Of a DNA stretch of 64,000 nt, positions 11,719 through 21,634 are shown piece by piece. The notes beneath the pieces are model-generated. The model ran no database searches. It worked only from the letters and a program-made list of their open reading frames with translations, and was not told the DNA's origin. Origin of the DNA: Leptolyngbya sp. (GTDB lineage Bacteria > Cyanobacteriota > Cyanobacteriia > Phormidesmidales > Phormidesmidaceae); NCBI GenBank assembly GCA_040374765.1, contig JBEITR010000001.1:25422-89421 (forward strand), in the 5' to 3' direction. The translations under genes and the position numbers were made by a program. How positions within the stretch are numbered: position 1 is the first letter of the stretch; every line of letters begins with the position of its first letter.

Positions 11719-12954
11719 TTACCAGCTGCGGGTAGGGGACAGGGCCTGACCCCGCATCAGGCTACCCAGGGTTTTAGCGGTGATCTTCATTTGGACCAGG
11801 GGGTTAGCCGGTACTACGGTTTTGTACAGGTAGCTGTCAAAGGTGAGCTTCTGCACATCGATGTCAGAGCACATTTCCACAAAGGCTTCCCGGGTGGCAT
11901 CGGAGCGGTAAAACACCGTTTGCAATAGATCCAGGACCTTATAGGTCATGCCGTACTGTTTATCCCACCGCTTCAGGTAAACCTTGAGGTCGGCTTCGGT
12001 GGGGATACGCTGGCCCTGATTGGACAGTTCCACAATGGTTTCAGCACACATCCGGGCTGACTTGGCGGCGAAGTAAATGCCTTCCCCCGAAGACTTGGTG
12101 ACGGTACCAGCGGCGTCACCCACCAGGGCGACCCGTCCCACCACCCGCCGCGGACGGGGATGTTCGGGAATGGGGTGGGCTTCCACCTTAATGATTTCGC
12201 CCCCCTCCAGGCGATGGGCAGCTCGAGCCCGGATACCCGCTTGCAACTGCTTGATTTTAGCCTGGTTGACCCGCATGGTACCGGTGCCGACGGCCACATG
12301 GTCGTACTTGGGGAATACCCAGGCGTAGAAGTCGGGGGAAACATCGTTACCCACGTACATTTCCGCCAGGTCTTCGTAGTAGGCCATTTTATCGGCAGGC
12401 AGACGAATGCGCTCTTGGAAGGCGATCGCATAGTTGTAGTCACCCGCATCGATGGCCTTAGCAATGCGAGAGTTGGCCCCATCGGCCCCAATCACCACAT
12501 CCACCTGGAGGGATTTATTTTCTCCCACCAGTCCATCTTCCCGGTGGGCGGTGTAGTGCAGGGTATAGGGACCGCTATCGCCCTTGGGCATTTCCAGGGT
12601 GTGCACGGTGCCATTAATTAGTTTGGCACCCTGGCTAGCGGCCCGATCGCGAAGAAAGCCGTCGAGCACCTCACGGCGGCACATGCCAATGTATTCTTCA
12701 TCGTTCAGGGTGCTGCCGATGTTGACCTCAACGTTAGAAGGGGAGATCATTTTCATCTTACGCACCCGGCGATCGATGATCTGGGGCGGTAGGTCAAACT
12801 CATCCACCATACAGAGGGGAATTGCACCACCGCAGGGTTTGGCGTTATCCAGCTTACGCTCAAACAAATAGGTTTCAATACCAGCCTTAACCAAAGTCTC
12901 AGCGGCCGAGGAGCCCGCCGGACCCGATCCTACTACTGCTACCCGAAGTGACAC
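11719..12954 (-). CDS. chlP: Geranylgeranyl reductase
   Basis: VAVVGSGPAGS, AKPCGGAIP and GEGIYFA motifs. Confidence 0.97.
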   Translation of the reverse strand: MSLRVAVVGSGPAGSSAAETLVKAGIETYLFERKLDNAKPCGGAIPLCMVDEFDLPPQIIDRRVRKMKMISPSNVEVNIGSTLNDEEYIGMCRREVLDGFLRDRAASQGAKLINGTVHTLEMPKGDSGPYTLHYTAHREDGLVGENKSLQVDVVIGADGANSRIAKAIDAGDYNYAIAFQERIRLPADKMAYYEDLAEMYVGNDVSPDFYAWVFPKYDHVAVGTGTMRVNQAKIKQLQAGIRARAAHRLEGGEIIKVEAHPIPEHPRPRRVVGRVALVGDAAGTVTKSSGEGIYFAAKSARMCAETIVELSNQGQRIPTEADLKVYLKRWDKQYGMTYKVLDLLQTVFYRSDATREAFVEMCSDIDVQKLTFDSYLYKTVVPANPLVQMKITAKTLGSLMRGQALSPTRSW

Positions 12955-13084
12955 GGATAGTTATCCCCCATCAATAAACATTATGAAGGGCATCCTATCA
13001 TGCCGGTTTCAGGGTGATCACCCTACTTCAAGGGATGTAAAGGGATTGCAACAGTCATTTACATTAGCCGAGAAAAAATCCGTC

Positions 13085-13176
13085 GCCCTAGCCCCTGGTG
13101 GCAAGCTAGAATGCCTTCCCCCTCTGTACCCTGATCAATTAATTCATCCTATCCTCAGCGATCTGAGCAACCCGAT
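13085..13176 (+). repeat. Family X copy P
   Basis: GCCCTAGCCCCTGGTGGCAA linker, then GCTAGAATGCCTTCCC...CCTATCCTCAGCGATCTGAGCAA. The linker matches the copy at 59076-59232. Confidence 0.65.
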
Positions 13177-13213
13177 GTTTGGGGCTAGGGAGTTTTCTAG
13201 GCCAAGGCCCGGT

Positions 13214-13516
13214 CTACCCCTGGGGCGAACTGACGCAAGCTAATACCCCCTCTTGCATACCGGGGTTGCCCCCCATAGGTCGTACCGTTATGGTCGGAGC
13301 AAAGCCTGGATAACAGCGCACCAGCACCCTATCCTCGCTACGGGTGACATACAGCACGTAGGCTGGTTTGCCATTCAGGGTGGCCGGTACCAGGTTGGGT
13401 GGGGCTGGAGCCGTAGCCAGGGCAACTTGGTCTGACCAGAACCGAGACAGCAGGACAACGGCTGAAACCGCTACAGCCAAAAGAATCAAGCCCAATCTAA
13501 AAAAATGCCTTGCCAT
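13214..13516 (-). CDS. Small hypothetical exported or membrane-anchored protein
   Basis: ATG start, signal-like N-terminus (RLGLILLAVAVSAVVLLS) and a compact domain with two Cys. Confidence 0.7.
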   Translation of the reverse strand: MARHFFRLGLILLAVAVSAVVLLSRFWSDQVALATAPAPPNLVPATLNGKPAYVLYVTRSEDRVLVRCYPGFAPTITVRPMGGNPGMQEGVLACVSSPQG

Positions 13517-13908
13517 AGTTTCAAGTCCTCTCGTTCAAACTTTTCAAGTGTTCCATGCCATTGCCGTCGGTCATCAGCTTTCTAACTCAAGCCAGGGCAT
13601 AGCTAGATTTAGCTTACTGGCGATCGCGAACATGGTTCTAATGATCGAGGCCGGTCAGGAGCTTTAAAATAGATCCCACAACTATACCTAACTACCTCAA
13701 CCCATTCATAGAAAATGCTTTAACTGGTTGCAGTAAACTCAAAGAATTTCCTATCAATCCCAAGGCCATCGCTGGTTAGCAGTTTACCTTTGTGCCCCAC
13801 GCCTTGCCTGCATCAAGTACCGTCAGGCTCAACCCCGATCAACCAGGAATCCTGTAGCCTGAATTATCCCGTCAAAAAATCCGCTGACCCGTCCTAGTCC
13901 CTAGCCCC

Positions 13909-15222
13909 ATGGCCCGATCCAAACCACGACGCCAAAACTCCGGCACTGGGGAGCTTGATCTAACCCCGGAGCAGCAAGTTGCCCTGGATGCCCTACATCG
14001 GTTTGTGCAGGGGGAGGAAAAGCTGTATTTACTAACGGGCTATGCCGGTACGGGTAAAACCACTCTCCTGCAGGTGTTTATCAGCGGGCTGCGGCAGCAG
14101 GGCGACCATCGTTCCATTGTGCTCACCGCCTTCAGTAATAAGGCCACCAAGGTGCTGGCCACGATGGCAGCCCAATGGCGCTTAGAACTAGATGCCATGA
14201 CCTGCTGTAAGCTTTTGGGCCTACGGCCAGTCATTAACGAAGAAAATGGTAAACAGATATTCCAACTCGATCGCCAGCAGGCCAGTCAGATCGATCGCTA
14301 CCGCCTGGTGATTGTGGATGAATGTTCGATGGTGAACGAAGAACTCTGGCAGTTGTTGGTGAATGGGGTTTCCAATCTGTACCGCAACACCCAGATCCTG
14401 TTTGTGGGGGATCCGGCCCAGTTGCCACCGGTCAACGAACCGGAATCGGCTTGCTTTCGCCAGATCCACCAGCGAGCCGAGTTAACCCAGGTGGTACGCT
14501 ACGGCGGCGCCATTGGCCTGGTGGCCGAAGATATTCGCCGTAATCTCGATCGCCCCCAACTGCCACGCTTTTGCACCGATACCAACCCCGATCAAACCGA
14601 AGGATGTTTTGTCCTCTCCCGGCCAATTTGGGAAAAACTTTTACTGCGCGCCTTTACCAGTGAATCCTATGGCCAGAACCCAGACCAGGTCAGAGCCCTG
14701 GCCTACACCAACCAACGCGTCAATCACCTTAACCGTCTGATTCGCACGGCCATCTATGGCCCCCAGGCGCAACGCTTTGTGCCTGGAGAACGCCTAATTG
14801 CCCTCAACCCCTGCCTGGAAGGGGATAGCATCATCCTTCCCACCTCCGCCGAGTGTGAGGTGCTGGAGGTGGCCCGGGGGCGGGAGGGGGAATGGCCGGT
14901 CTGGTTACTGGAGGTAGAAACCGAGGAGTTAGAGTACAAAACCCTGAGGGTACTGCACGAGTCGGGGCAGGCAGAGTTTAAAGCCAGACTCGACTTTTTA
15001 GCCCAGGAAAAACGCTGGATGGAATTTTGGGATTTACAGCAACAACTCCACGCCGTTGACTATGCCTATAGCCTGACTATCCATAAAAGCCAGGGTTCCA
15101 CCTTTAAGGATGTATTCGTTGATGTTCCCTCCATGGTAGTTAACCGTAATGTGGTAGAACGCAACCAGCTCTGCTACGTGGCCTTTACCCGAGCCGCTAA
15201 ACGACTCTTTTTATACCAATGA
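13909..15222 (+). CDS. Stand-alone SF1B helicase (T4 Dda / RecD-like)
   Basis: GYAGTGKTT, VDECSMV, VGDPAQLPPV, TIHKSQGSTF and YVAFTRA motifs; 437 aa. Confidence 0.9.
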   Translation: MARSKPRRQNSGTGELDLTPEQQVALDALHRFVQGEEKLYLLTGYAGTGKTTLLQVFISGLRQQGDHRSIVLTAFSNKATKVLATMAAQWRLELDAMTCCKLLGLRPVINEENGKQIFQLDRQQASQIDRYRLVIVDECSMVNEELWQLLVNGVSNLYRNTQILFVGDPAQLPPVNEPESACFRQIHQRAELTQVVRYGGAIGLVAEDIRRNLDRPQLPRFCTDTNPDQTEGCFVLSRPIWEKLLLRAFTSESYGQNPDQVRALAYTNQRVNHLNRLIRTAIYGPQAQRFVPGERLIALNPCLEGDSIILPTSAECEVLEVARGREGEWPVWLLEVETEELEYKTLRVLHESGQAEFKARLDFLAQEKRWMEFWDLQQQLHAVDYAYSLTIHKSQGSTFKDVFVDVPSMVVNRNVVERNQLCYVAFTRAAKRLFLYQ

Positions 15223-15228
15223 TCCAGG

Positions 15229-15242
15229 GTAAACCTGGTTAC
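15229..15242 (+). promoter_or_regulatory. Candidate NtcA box upstream of puuE
   Basis: GTA-AACCTGGT-TAC is an exact GTA-N8-TAC, 51 nt before the puuE ATG. Confidence 0.55.
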
Positions 15243-15293
15243 TATAGGCTCCAGAGTGGTTAACAATTGGGTTGAATTGAATCGGCTGAAGGT

Positions 15294-16205
15294 ATGTCTT
15301 CCCCATCCTATCCCCGTGACTTAGTCGGCTATGGCCGGACTCCCCCCCCTCCCCAGTGGCCCGGCCAGGCTCGGATTGCGGTGCAGTTTGTGATCAACTA
15401 CGAAGAGGGTGGGGAAAACTGCATTCTCCATGGTGACCCTGCCTCCGAAGCCTTTCTGTCGGAAATCATCGGCGCCCAGCCCTGGCCGGGACAGCGGCAC
15501 ATGAATATGGAGTCTATCTACGAGTATGGATCGCGGGCCGGCTTCTGGCGGTTGTGGCGATTATTTACCGGGCGAAACATTCCCCTCACGGTCTACGGCG
15601 TAGCCACCGCCCTGGCCCGCCATCCCGAAGCGGTGGCGGCGATGCAGGAAGCCGACTGGGAAATTGCCAGCCACGGTCTGAAATGGATCGAGTACAAGGA
15701 CTTCACCTGGGAGGAGGAGCGCCATCATCTGCAGGAAGCCATTCGCCTGCATACGGAAGTGACGGGATCTCGCCCCCTGGGCTGGTATCTGGGCCGTTGT
15801 TCTACCCATACCCGGGCCCTGGTGATGGCGGAGGGGGGCTTTCTCTACGATGCCGACTCCTATGCCGATGACCTGCCCTACTGGGTGTCGGGTCCCCAGG
15901 GTCCCCACCTGGTGATTCCCTACACCCTGGATAGTAACGATATGCGCTTTGCCGTCCCCCAGGGATTTAACTGCGGTGACCAATTCTTTGCCTACCTGCG
16001 GGATAGTTTTGATATCCTCTACGCCGAGGGAAAAACCGCTCCCAAGATGTTGTCCATCGGCTTGCACTGCCGCCTCAGCGGTCGCCCTGGTCGGCTGGCC
16101 GCCCTAGCCCGCTTCCTTGACTATATAGCCACCTACGATCGGGTGTGGATTGCCCGTCGTATTGATATCGCCCGCCACTGGCATCAACACCATAAACCCC
16201 AATGA
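15294..16205 (+). CDS. puuE: Allantoinase PuuE (polysaccharide deacetylase fold)
   Basis: YPRDLVGYG, QFVINYEEGGE, ESIYEYGSRAGFWRL and MLSIGLHCRLSGRPGR motifs. Confidence 0.93.
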   Translation: MSSPSYPRDLVGYGRTPPPPQWPGQARIAVQFVINYEEGGENCILHGDPASEAFLSEIIGAQPWPGQRHMNMESIYEYGSRAGFWRLWRLFTGRNIPLTVYGVATALARHPEAVAAMQEADWEIASHGLKWIEYKDFTWEEERHHLQEAIRLHTEVTGSRPLGWYLGRCSTHTRALVMAEGGFLYDADSYADDLPYWVSGPQGPHLVIPYTLDSNDMRFAVPQGFNCGDQFFAYLRDSFDILYAEGKTAPKMLSIGLHCRLSGRPGRLAALARFLDYIATYDRVWIARRIDIARHWHQHHKPQ

Positions 16206-17050
16206 AACACCTGACCATTCGCCCCATGGCGGCACCGGAAATTTCCCTGGCTCTGGATTGGGCCGCCGCTGAGGGCTGGAATCCGGGCCTGGCGGACGCC
16301 CAATGTTTTGCCAGGGTAGACCCCCAGGGATTCTGGCGGGGGGATCTGGCGGGCGACCCCGTGGCCACCATTTCTGTGGTGAATTACGACGATCGCTTCG
16401 CCTTTTTGGGCTGCTACATTGTTCGGCCCGACCGACGGGGCCAGGGGCTGGGGTGGCAACTCTGGCAAGGGGCGATCGCCCATGCCGGGTCCCGCACCAT
16501 TGGCTTGGATGGGGTGCCAGAGCAGCAGGATAACTACCGCCGTTCTGGCTTTGTTCTGGCCCACCGCAATATCCGCTACGGCGGGGTAGTCAACCCTGCC
16601 CCCCCCGTCAACCCCCTGCCGCTGGTGGATTTACAGGCAGTTCCCTTTGACCTGATCGCCGCCGCCGACCGACAGGTCTTTCCCGCTGCTCGGCCAGCCT
16701 TTCTACGGGCCTGGATTAGCGCCCCAGGCCATCGCAGTCGGGGCTATCTAGAGGAGGAGGGAAAACTCCGGGGATGGGGCGTCCTTCGCCCCTGCCACCG
16801 GGGCTATAAGGTGGGACCTCTGGTGGCTCAGGATAGCACCATCGCCCAGGCAATTTTCACCGACCTGGTGGCGGATCTGGAGGGCGAGGAGGTGTTTTTA
16901 GATGTTCCCCAACCCCATGGTGCGGCCCTAGACCTGGCCGTCCAGCAGGGGTTGCAGCCAGTCTTTGAAACCGCCCGCATGTACCGGGGCCCTAGCCCCT
17001 CCCTCGCTCTGGAATTAATCTTTGGTATTACCACCTTTGAGCTGGGCTAA
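16202..17050 (+). CDS. Two-domain GNAT N-acetyltransferase (YitH-like)
   Basis: WAAAEGWNPG, RGQGLG, KVGPL and FETARMY motifs. ATGA overlap with puuE. Confidence 0.88.
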   Translation: MKHLTIRPMAAPEISLALDWAAAEGWNPGLADAQCFARVDPQGFWRGDLAGDPVATISVVNYDDRFAFLGCYIVRPDRRGQGLGWQLWQGAIAHAGSRTIGLDGVPEQQDNYRRSGFVLAHRNIRYGGVVNPAPPVNPLPLVDLQAVPFDLIAAADRQVFPAARPAFLRAWISAPGHRSRGYLEEEGKLRGWGVLRPCHRGYKVGPLVAQDSTIAQAIFTDLVADLEGEEVFLDVPQPHGAALDLAVQQGLQPVFETARMYRGPSPSLALELIFGITTFELG

Positions 17051-17051
17051 G

Positions 17052-17082
17052 GGTCCTCAGCGCGGCCAAAGCTATATCCCCT
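17052..17082 (+). repeat. Family X partial 3' copy J
   Basis: GTCCTCAGCG-CGGCCAAAGCTATATCCCCT. The last 19 nt (17064-17082) are identical to the reverse complement of 34550-34568. Confidence 0.7.
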
Positions 17083-17098
17083 TGACCGGGTAATTCTA

Positions 17099-17404
17099 TT
17101 AGGGCTGCGGGGGACGCCGCTGGCCATGGGTAGGACAGGGTGGGGCCGTAACCGTTTGATTTAACCAGCCGATAGCCTGCTCCAGGCGGGGGAGGGCTTC
17201 ATCCGATTGTTCCTTGAGTAAAAAAACCAGGGCGGCGGCCAGTTGTTCCTGGGCCCGTAGGCGGCGGTTGCGATTGAGACGATGCCAATCCTCTGATTTA
17301 ATCGCCAGACGCTCAGCTAATAGTTGGGCCAGTTGCAAGTCGGAAAGGGTTGCAACTGGCGGATTAGGCTGGGCTGATAGCGAAGGATGGGATGAAAAAG
17401 CCAT
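17099..17404 (-). CDS. Conserved cyanobacterial protein (DUF6439-like)
   Basis: LAERLAI...DWHRL...RAQEQLAAALVFL and C-terminal PPCPTHG; family recalled from memory. Confidence 0.7.
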   Translation of the reverse strand: MAFSSHPSLSAQPNPPVATLSDLQLAQLLAERLAIKSEDWHRLNRNRRLRAQEQLAAALVFLLKEQSDEALPRLEQAIGWLNQTVTAPPCPTHGQRRPPQP

Positions 17405-17453
17405 ACTTACTCTACAAAAATCGGGTTAACTAGAAGCGAGCACCTTTCTTCCA

Positions 17454-17837
17454 TTGTGCATGATGAAGCCCAGCGATCGCCCAAACCGGTTTCCAGGTCA
17501 CCGGGATTCAGGCTCTAAACAGCCCCAGCCTGACCTGGCTGACCTGTGGACCCAGGCTCAAGCACTAGAAACCCGTTTACACCACTTAAAGGTGGGACTG
17601 CAAAACCTGATGGACCTGGAGCAGATTGAGTCATCTCCCCCTGGCCCCTCCGATGCCCACCGGAGTCAGGCAGAAATAGCCAACCTGCAACGGGCGGTGG
17701 AGGATCTTGAACACCAGTTAGCCCACCACCTGATCCGCTGGGAATACTGGCAGGAGCCCTTCTGGCAGGCCCTTCGTTACGGTGGGCTGGGGTTGTTAAT
17801 GGGTTGGGGGCTGGCGTGGTTGGTTTATGGTAGCTAG
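17454..17837 (+). CDS. Hypothetical coiled-coil protein with a C-terminal TM anchor
   Basis: Heptad-like region followed by EPFWQALRYGGLGLLMGWGLAWL. Confidence 0.7.
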   Translation: MCMMKPSDRPNRFPGHRDSGSKQPQPDLADLWTQAQALETRLHHLKVGLQNLMDLEQIESSPPGPSDAHRSQAEIANLQRAVEDLEHQLAHHLIRWEYWQEPFWQALRYGGLGLLMGWGLAWLVYGS

Positions 17838-17843
17838 GGTATG

Positions 17844-17876
17844 GCCCTAACCAACTGCAGCGGAGTGGAAGCAGGT
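17844..17876 (+). repeat. Family X partial 5' (linker) copy S
   Basis: GCCCTAACCAACTGCAGCGGAGTGGAAGCAGGT matches the linker at 42051-42083 at 21/33 positions, ungapped. Confidence 0.4.
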
Positions 17877-17955
17877 GATCACACTGGCGTGATTTTACCT
17901 GGAATATTTTCAAACTCACTAACCCCATGGTAGGATTAAAAGCCGTGGATAGGTT

Positions 17956-18037
17956 GGGTCGGTGCCCGAGTGGTTAATGGGGGCGGACTGTAAATCCGCT
18001 GGCTACGCCTACGCTGGTTCGAATCCAGCCCGGCCCA
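17956..18037 (+). tRNA. trnY: tRNA-Tyr(GTA)
   Basis: GGGTCGG acceptor stem, anticodon arm GCGGA-CTGTAAA-TCCGC, long variable arm and GGTTCGAATCC. CCA is not encoded. Confidence 0.97.
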
Positions 18038-18049
18038 TCCACGGCCCTT

Positions 18050-18121
<72 letters not shown>

Positions 18122-18302
18122 TTTATGGTGTTTGTTGAGGGCATGGAGTTAGGGCGATCGCCCCTAACTACCCCCTAATTCGATCCTGGCCAGAATAGGG
18201 TTGGCCATAGCCGCTTCCACCTCTGCCTTGCTGGCTCCTGCATACAGGTTCAGCATCAACCCATGGTCTTGCAAGGCAGAGCTCTGCAAGACCGTAGCAA
18301 TC

Positions 18303-18337
18303 AAAAAAAGAGTCAGAGGTGATTATTCCTCTGACTC
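18303..18337 (-). terminator. Intrinsic terminator of ndhD
   Basis: 10-bp stem GAGTCAGAGG/CCTCTGACTC followed by a U-tract on the minus strand. Confidence 0.8.
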
Positions 18338-18378
18338 CTCTATAGGAAAGCCTCTAAAATCCTTTGAAAGGCTAGCAA

Positions 18379-19989
18379 TTAGTTAATCTGACCAGTGGGC
18401 AGGGTAGGAGCCACCGCCACAGTAGACTGGGGGATAGACAAAATGTAAGCGTACAACGTGCCCGGCTGATCGGCCAGCATTAGGTTGTGCTGTACCTGAT
18501 TAGCAACTTCAACGGTCTTCAGGTCGTAGACTTGAGTGGCCAATTTGGGATACAGGCCGATACCAATGATAGGCACCATCAGGCAGGCAGCCACGAAGAT
18601 CTCGCGGGGGCGAATATCGAGAATGCCGGAAACCTTGGACACCACTTCACCAGCATCACCGTAGAAAATTCGCCGTAGCATGGAGAGCAGATAGATGGGG
18701 GAAAGGATAACCCCGATCGCCGCCAAGATAATGATGGTGGTTTTGAAAATGGTGCTGTAGGTATCGCTGGTCGCGATACCCAGGAAAACCGCAATCTCGC
18801 TAACAAACCCACTCATACCAGGAAGGGCTAGGGATCCCATGGAAGCGGCGGTAAAGAAGGCAAAGGTAGTGGGCATTTTGCGTCCCATGCCCCCCATCAC
18901 CGCCATATCCAGGGTGTGGGTGCGATCATAGGTTACCCCCGAGAGGAAGAACATCAGAGCGGCAATTAACCCGTGGGAAATCATCTGCAGCATGGCCCCA
19001 CTCATCCCCAGGGTGGTGAAAGAGGCGCAACCAATCAACACAAAACCCATGTGGGCCACGGAAGAATAGGCCATGCGACGCTTCAAGTTATCCTGGGCAA
19101 AGGCGGTCAGGGAGGCATAAATAATGTTGACGACGCCAAGCATTACCAGGACGGGAGCAAAGTAAACATGGGCGTCAGGCAACATTTCAATATTCATGCG
19201 AATCAAACCGTAGCCCGCCATCTTTAGCAAAACTCCGGCCAAAATCATGGATACGGCCGCAGGCGCCTCACTGTGGGCATCGGGCAACCAGGTGTGAAAA
19301 GGAAAAATCGGCAATTTGACCGCAAAGGCAACCAAAAAGGCCGCATACATCAGCAATTGGAAGGGCAGAGAATAATGCTTCTGGGCCAGATCGGCGAGAT
19401 TAAAGGTAACCGTGTCCCCATAGAAGGCCATGGCTAGAGCCGCGACCAGAATAAAAATAGAACCAATGGCGGTGTAGAGAATAAATTTGGTAGCGGCATA
19501 AAGACGCTTCTGACCGCCCCAAATAGAAATTAATAAATAGACAGGCACCAGTTCCAGTTCCCACATCAGGAAGAACATCACTAGATCCTGGGCCAGAAAA
19601 ACTCCTACCTGGGCGCTGTACATCATCAGCAAGAGGCTGAAATAGAGGCGGGGGCGACGAGTAACGTTCCAGGAAGCGAGAATGGCCAGAGTAGTCACCA
19701 AACCGCTTAAAACTACAAGAGGCATGGCCAGACCATCGGCACCTAAGGACCAGGTGAGATTCAACTGGGATATCCAGTCGTAGCGTTCTACCAGCTGCAA
19801 TCCGGGTTGGTCAAGGTGGTAAAAGTTCGTAAAGGTGTAGAGGATCAAAGAAAACTCAATACAACCAATCCCCAGGACATACCAGCGTAAGGTTTGACCG
19901 TTGCGATCGGGAAGAATGGGAATCGGCAAAATTGCGATGAGTGGCAGTAGGACAAGGGTCGTTAGCCACGGAAATTGTTCAGTCAGCAT
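18379..19989 (-). CDS. ndhD: NDH-1 subunit 4 (NdhD1/D2 group; position next to thrB suggests D2)
   Basis: [25 protein letters not shown] and [10 protein letters not shown] motifs. Confidence 0.95.
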   Translation of the reverse strand: MLTEQFPWLTTLVLLPLIAILPIPILPDRNGQTLRWYVLGIGCIEFSLILYTFTNFYHLDQPGLQLVERYDWISQLNLTWSLGADGLAMPLVVLSGLVTTLAILASWNVTRRPRLYFSLLLMMYSAQVGVFLAQDLVMFFLMWELELVPVYLLISIWGGQKRLYAATKFILYTAIGSIFILVAALAMAFYGDTVTFNLADLAQKHYSLPFQLLMYAAFLVAFAVKLPIFPFHTWLPDAHSEAPAAVSMILAGVLLKMAGYGLIRMNIEMLPDAHVYFAPVLVMLGVVNIIYASLTAFAQDNLKRRMAYSSVAHMGFVLIGCASFTTLGMSGAMLQMISHGLIAALMFFLSGVTYDRTHTLDMAVMGGMGRKMPTTFAFFTAASMGSLALPGMSGFVSEIAVFLGIATSDTYSTIFKTTIIILAAIGVILSPIYLLSMLRRIFYGDAGEVVSKVSGILDIRPREIFVAACLMVPIIGIGLYPKLATQVYDLKTVEVANQVQHNLMLADQPGTLYAYILSIPQSTVAVAPTLPTGQIN

Positions 19990-20407
19990 GACAATTGTCG
20001 TGTAGTAGTACAGAACAGCCAGCGCATGGAAGATTCCGGTGTTGCAAAGATGGTTCTAAAAAGGAACCAAGCCCTACTGGTTTAGTGTTCGCGGCGGCCT
20101 ACCCTGGCGGATCAGGTCGGAGGACTTAAGGGTTTAAGGAAAATACCCCTTAACGGGAAGACCAGATGATCAAACCGGACTGCAGTGCTGATAAGAATAA
20201 ATACTCATCAGTGCGCCCAGTTCAAGTATAAGAAACTTAATGTTTTTTCGGTAAGTATTTTCACTCTGCGATGGATTGATTTTTCCCTATGTCGATGGCC
20301 AAAATCGTTGACCTACTTCGATTCTGCAGTTTTATAGTGTTTTATTTATTTAGATAGATAGTTGCATTGACTAGAATCAATATTTTTGCCGCCGAGTTGG
20401 TTGGGGG

Positions 20408-21352
20408 CTACTCAGGTCCTCTGGCAGGATTGGAGGCAACCCAGGCTCCCTGGGTTTGTAGCTGCAGTACGGCAGCTCTGACGGTTTGTCCCTGCTGCTG
20501 CCAGATCAGGCGGAGCGTATCGCAAACCTGAGGGGCAATGGTGACCGGGGCCAGAGCCAGCAGGGTAGGCCCCGCCCCACTAATCACCAAGCCATAGGCA
20601 CCCGCCCCGATCGCGGCCTCGGCGACTGCCCCATAGCCAGGGATTAAGGTCTGACGGTAGGGCTGGTGCAGGCGATCGGCCAATGCTATCCGCAGCCAAT
20701 CTCCCTGGCCCGTTTCCAGGCCGCGCAAGAGTAGGCCCAGGTGAGCGGTGTTAAAAATCGCATCGGCGCGACTGTAGTGGGTCGGGAGGACCTGGCGCGC
20801 CGTAGTGGTAGACAGCTCAAAATCAGGAATAGCCACAATCGGCGCTAGGCTGGGGTGCCAGGAGACGGGGCAAACCGTAACCTGTCCCTGGTCATCGACC
20901 ACCGACAGTTGACACCCCCCAACCAGAGCGGGCACCACGTTGTCGGGATGGCCCTCCAGGGCCACGGCCATGGTAATCAGGCTGGATTGATCGAGGGGCT
21001 GAGCCCAGAGGGCATTGGCTCCCAGAATACCCCCAACGATAGCGGTAGAGGAGCTGCCCAAACCTCTCGCCAGCGGTACCTCCAGATCAATGGTGAGGGC
21101 TATGGCTGGTACCGGTTGTTGTTGCTGCTGATAAAAATGGGCAAACGCCCTGTAGGCAAGATTGGAGCTATCCCGGCTGACCCGCTCCGCCTCCAGCCCC
21201 CGTACCTCAATGCTATAGGTGCCAGGGGGTTGATCCAGGATAGTGAAATGGAAGCGATTATAAAGGGTGAGGGCGGCGCCTAAACAGTCAAATCCAGGCC
21301 CCAGGTTAGCGGTGGTTCCTGGCACGGTAACGGTAACTGACTGCAACACCAC
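20408..21352 (-). CDS. thrB: Homoserine kinase
   Basis: TTANLGPGFD, PLARGLGSSS, EGHPDNV and ISGAGPT motifs. Confidence 0.96.
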   Translation of the reverse strand: MVLQSVTVTVPGTTANLGPGFDCLGAALTLYNRFHFTILDQPPGTYSIEVRGLEAERVSRDSSNLAYRAFAHFYQQQQQPVPAIALTIDLEVPLARGLGSSSTAIVGGILGANALWAQPLDQSSLITMAVALEGHPDNVVPALVGGCQLSVVDDQGQVTVCPVSWHPSLAPIVAIPDFELSTTTARQVLPTHYSRADAIFNTAHLGLLLRGLETGQGDWLRIALADRLHQPYRQTLIPGYGAVAEAAIGAGAYGLVISGAGPTLLALAPVTIAPQVCDTLRLIWQQQGQTVRAAVLQLQTQGAWVASNPARGPE

Positions 21353-21449
21353 AGGAACCTCCGGGAAGTGAGAAACATCAAGGCCAGGATAGTAGCATTT
21401 TCTGGGCTGCCTTGAGACCCGTTGCAGAAGATGGTTAGTCAGTTAGCAG

Positions 21450-21518
21450 GGCAGAACGCCATTTACCCTAGGCTGTTGGCTAATGGACTCTGTCCTCAGG
21501 GTTGTGGTCAAAGCTATA
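21450..21518 (+). repeat. Family X copy C
   Basis: GGCAGAACGCC...GACTCTGTCCTCAGGGTTGTGGTCAAAGCTATA; 69 nt, same length as the copy at 52000. 14-nt identity with 44191-44204 (reverse complement). Confidence 0.8.
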
Positions 21519-21634
21519 GAGGCTAAAATAAAGTACTTTTCCCCTTCGACCTTACTGCCATGGCCGTCAGCTATTCCTCCCGATCGCAGTCAGATTGCTC
21601 GCCTGTGGACGGTCTGGAGGGGTCTATTCCCCAG

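Noticed and set aside
13030-13075. RpaB HLR1 site upstream of chlP
   Set aside because: TTGCA/TTACA half-sites are spaced 11 nt rather than 10 and one is imperfect.
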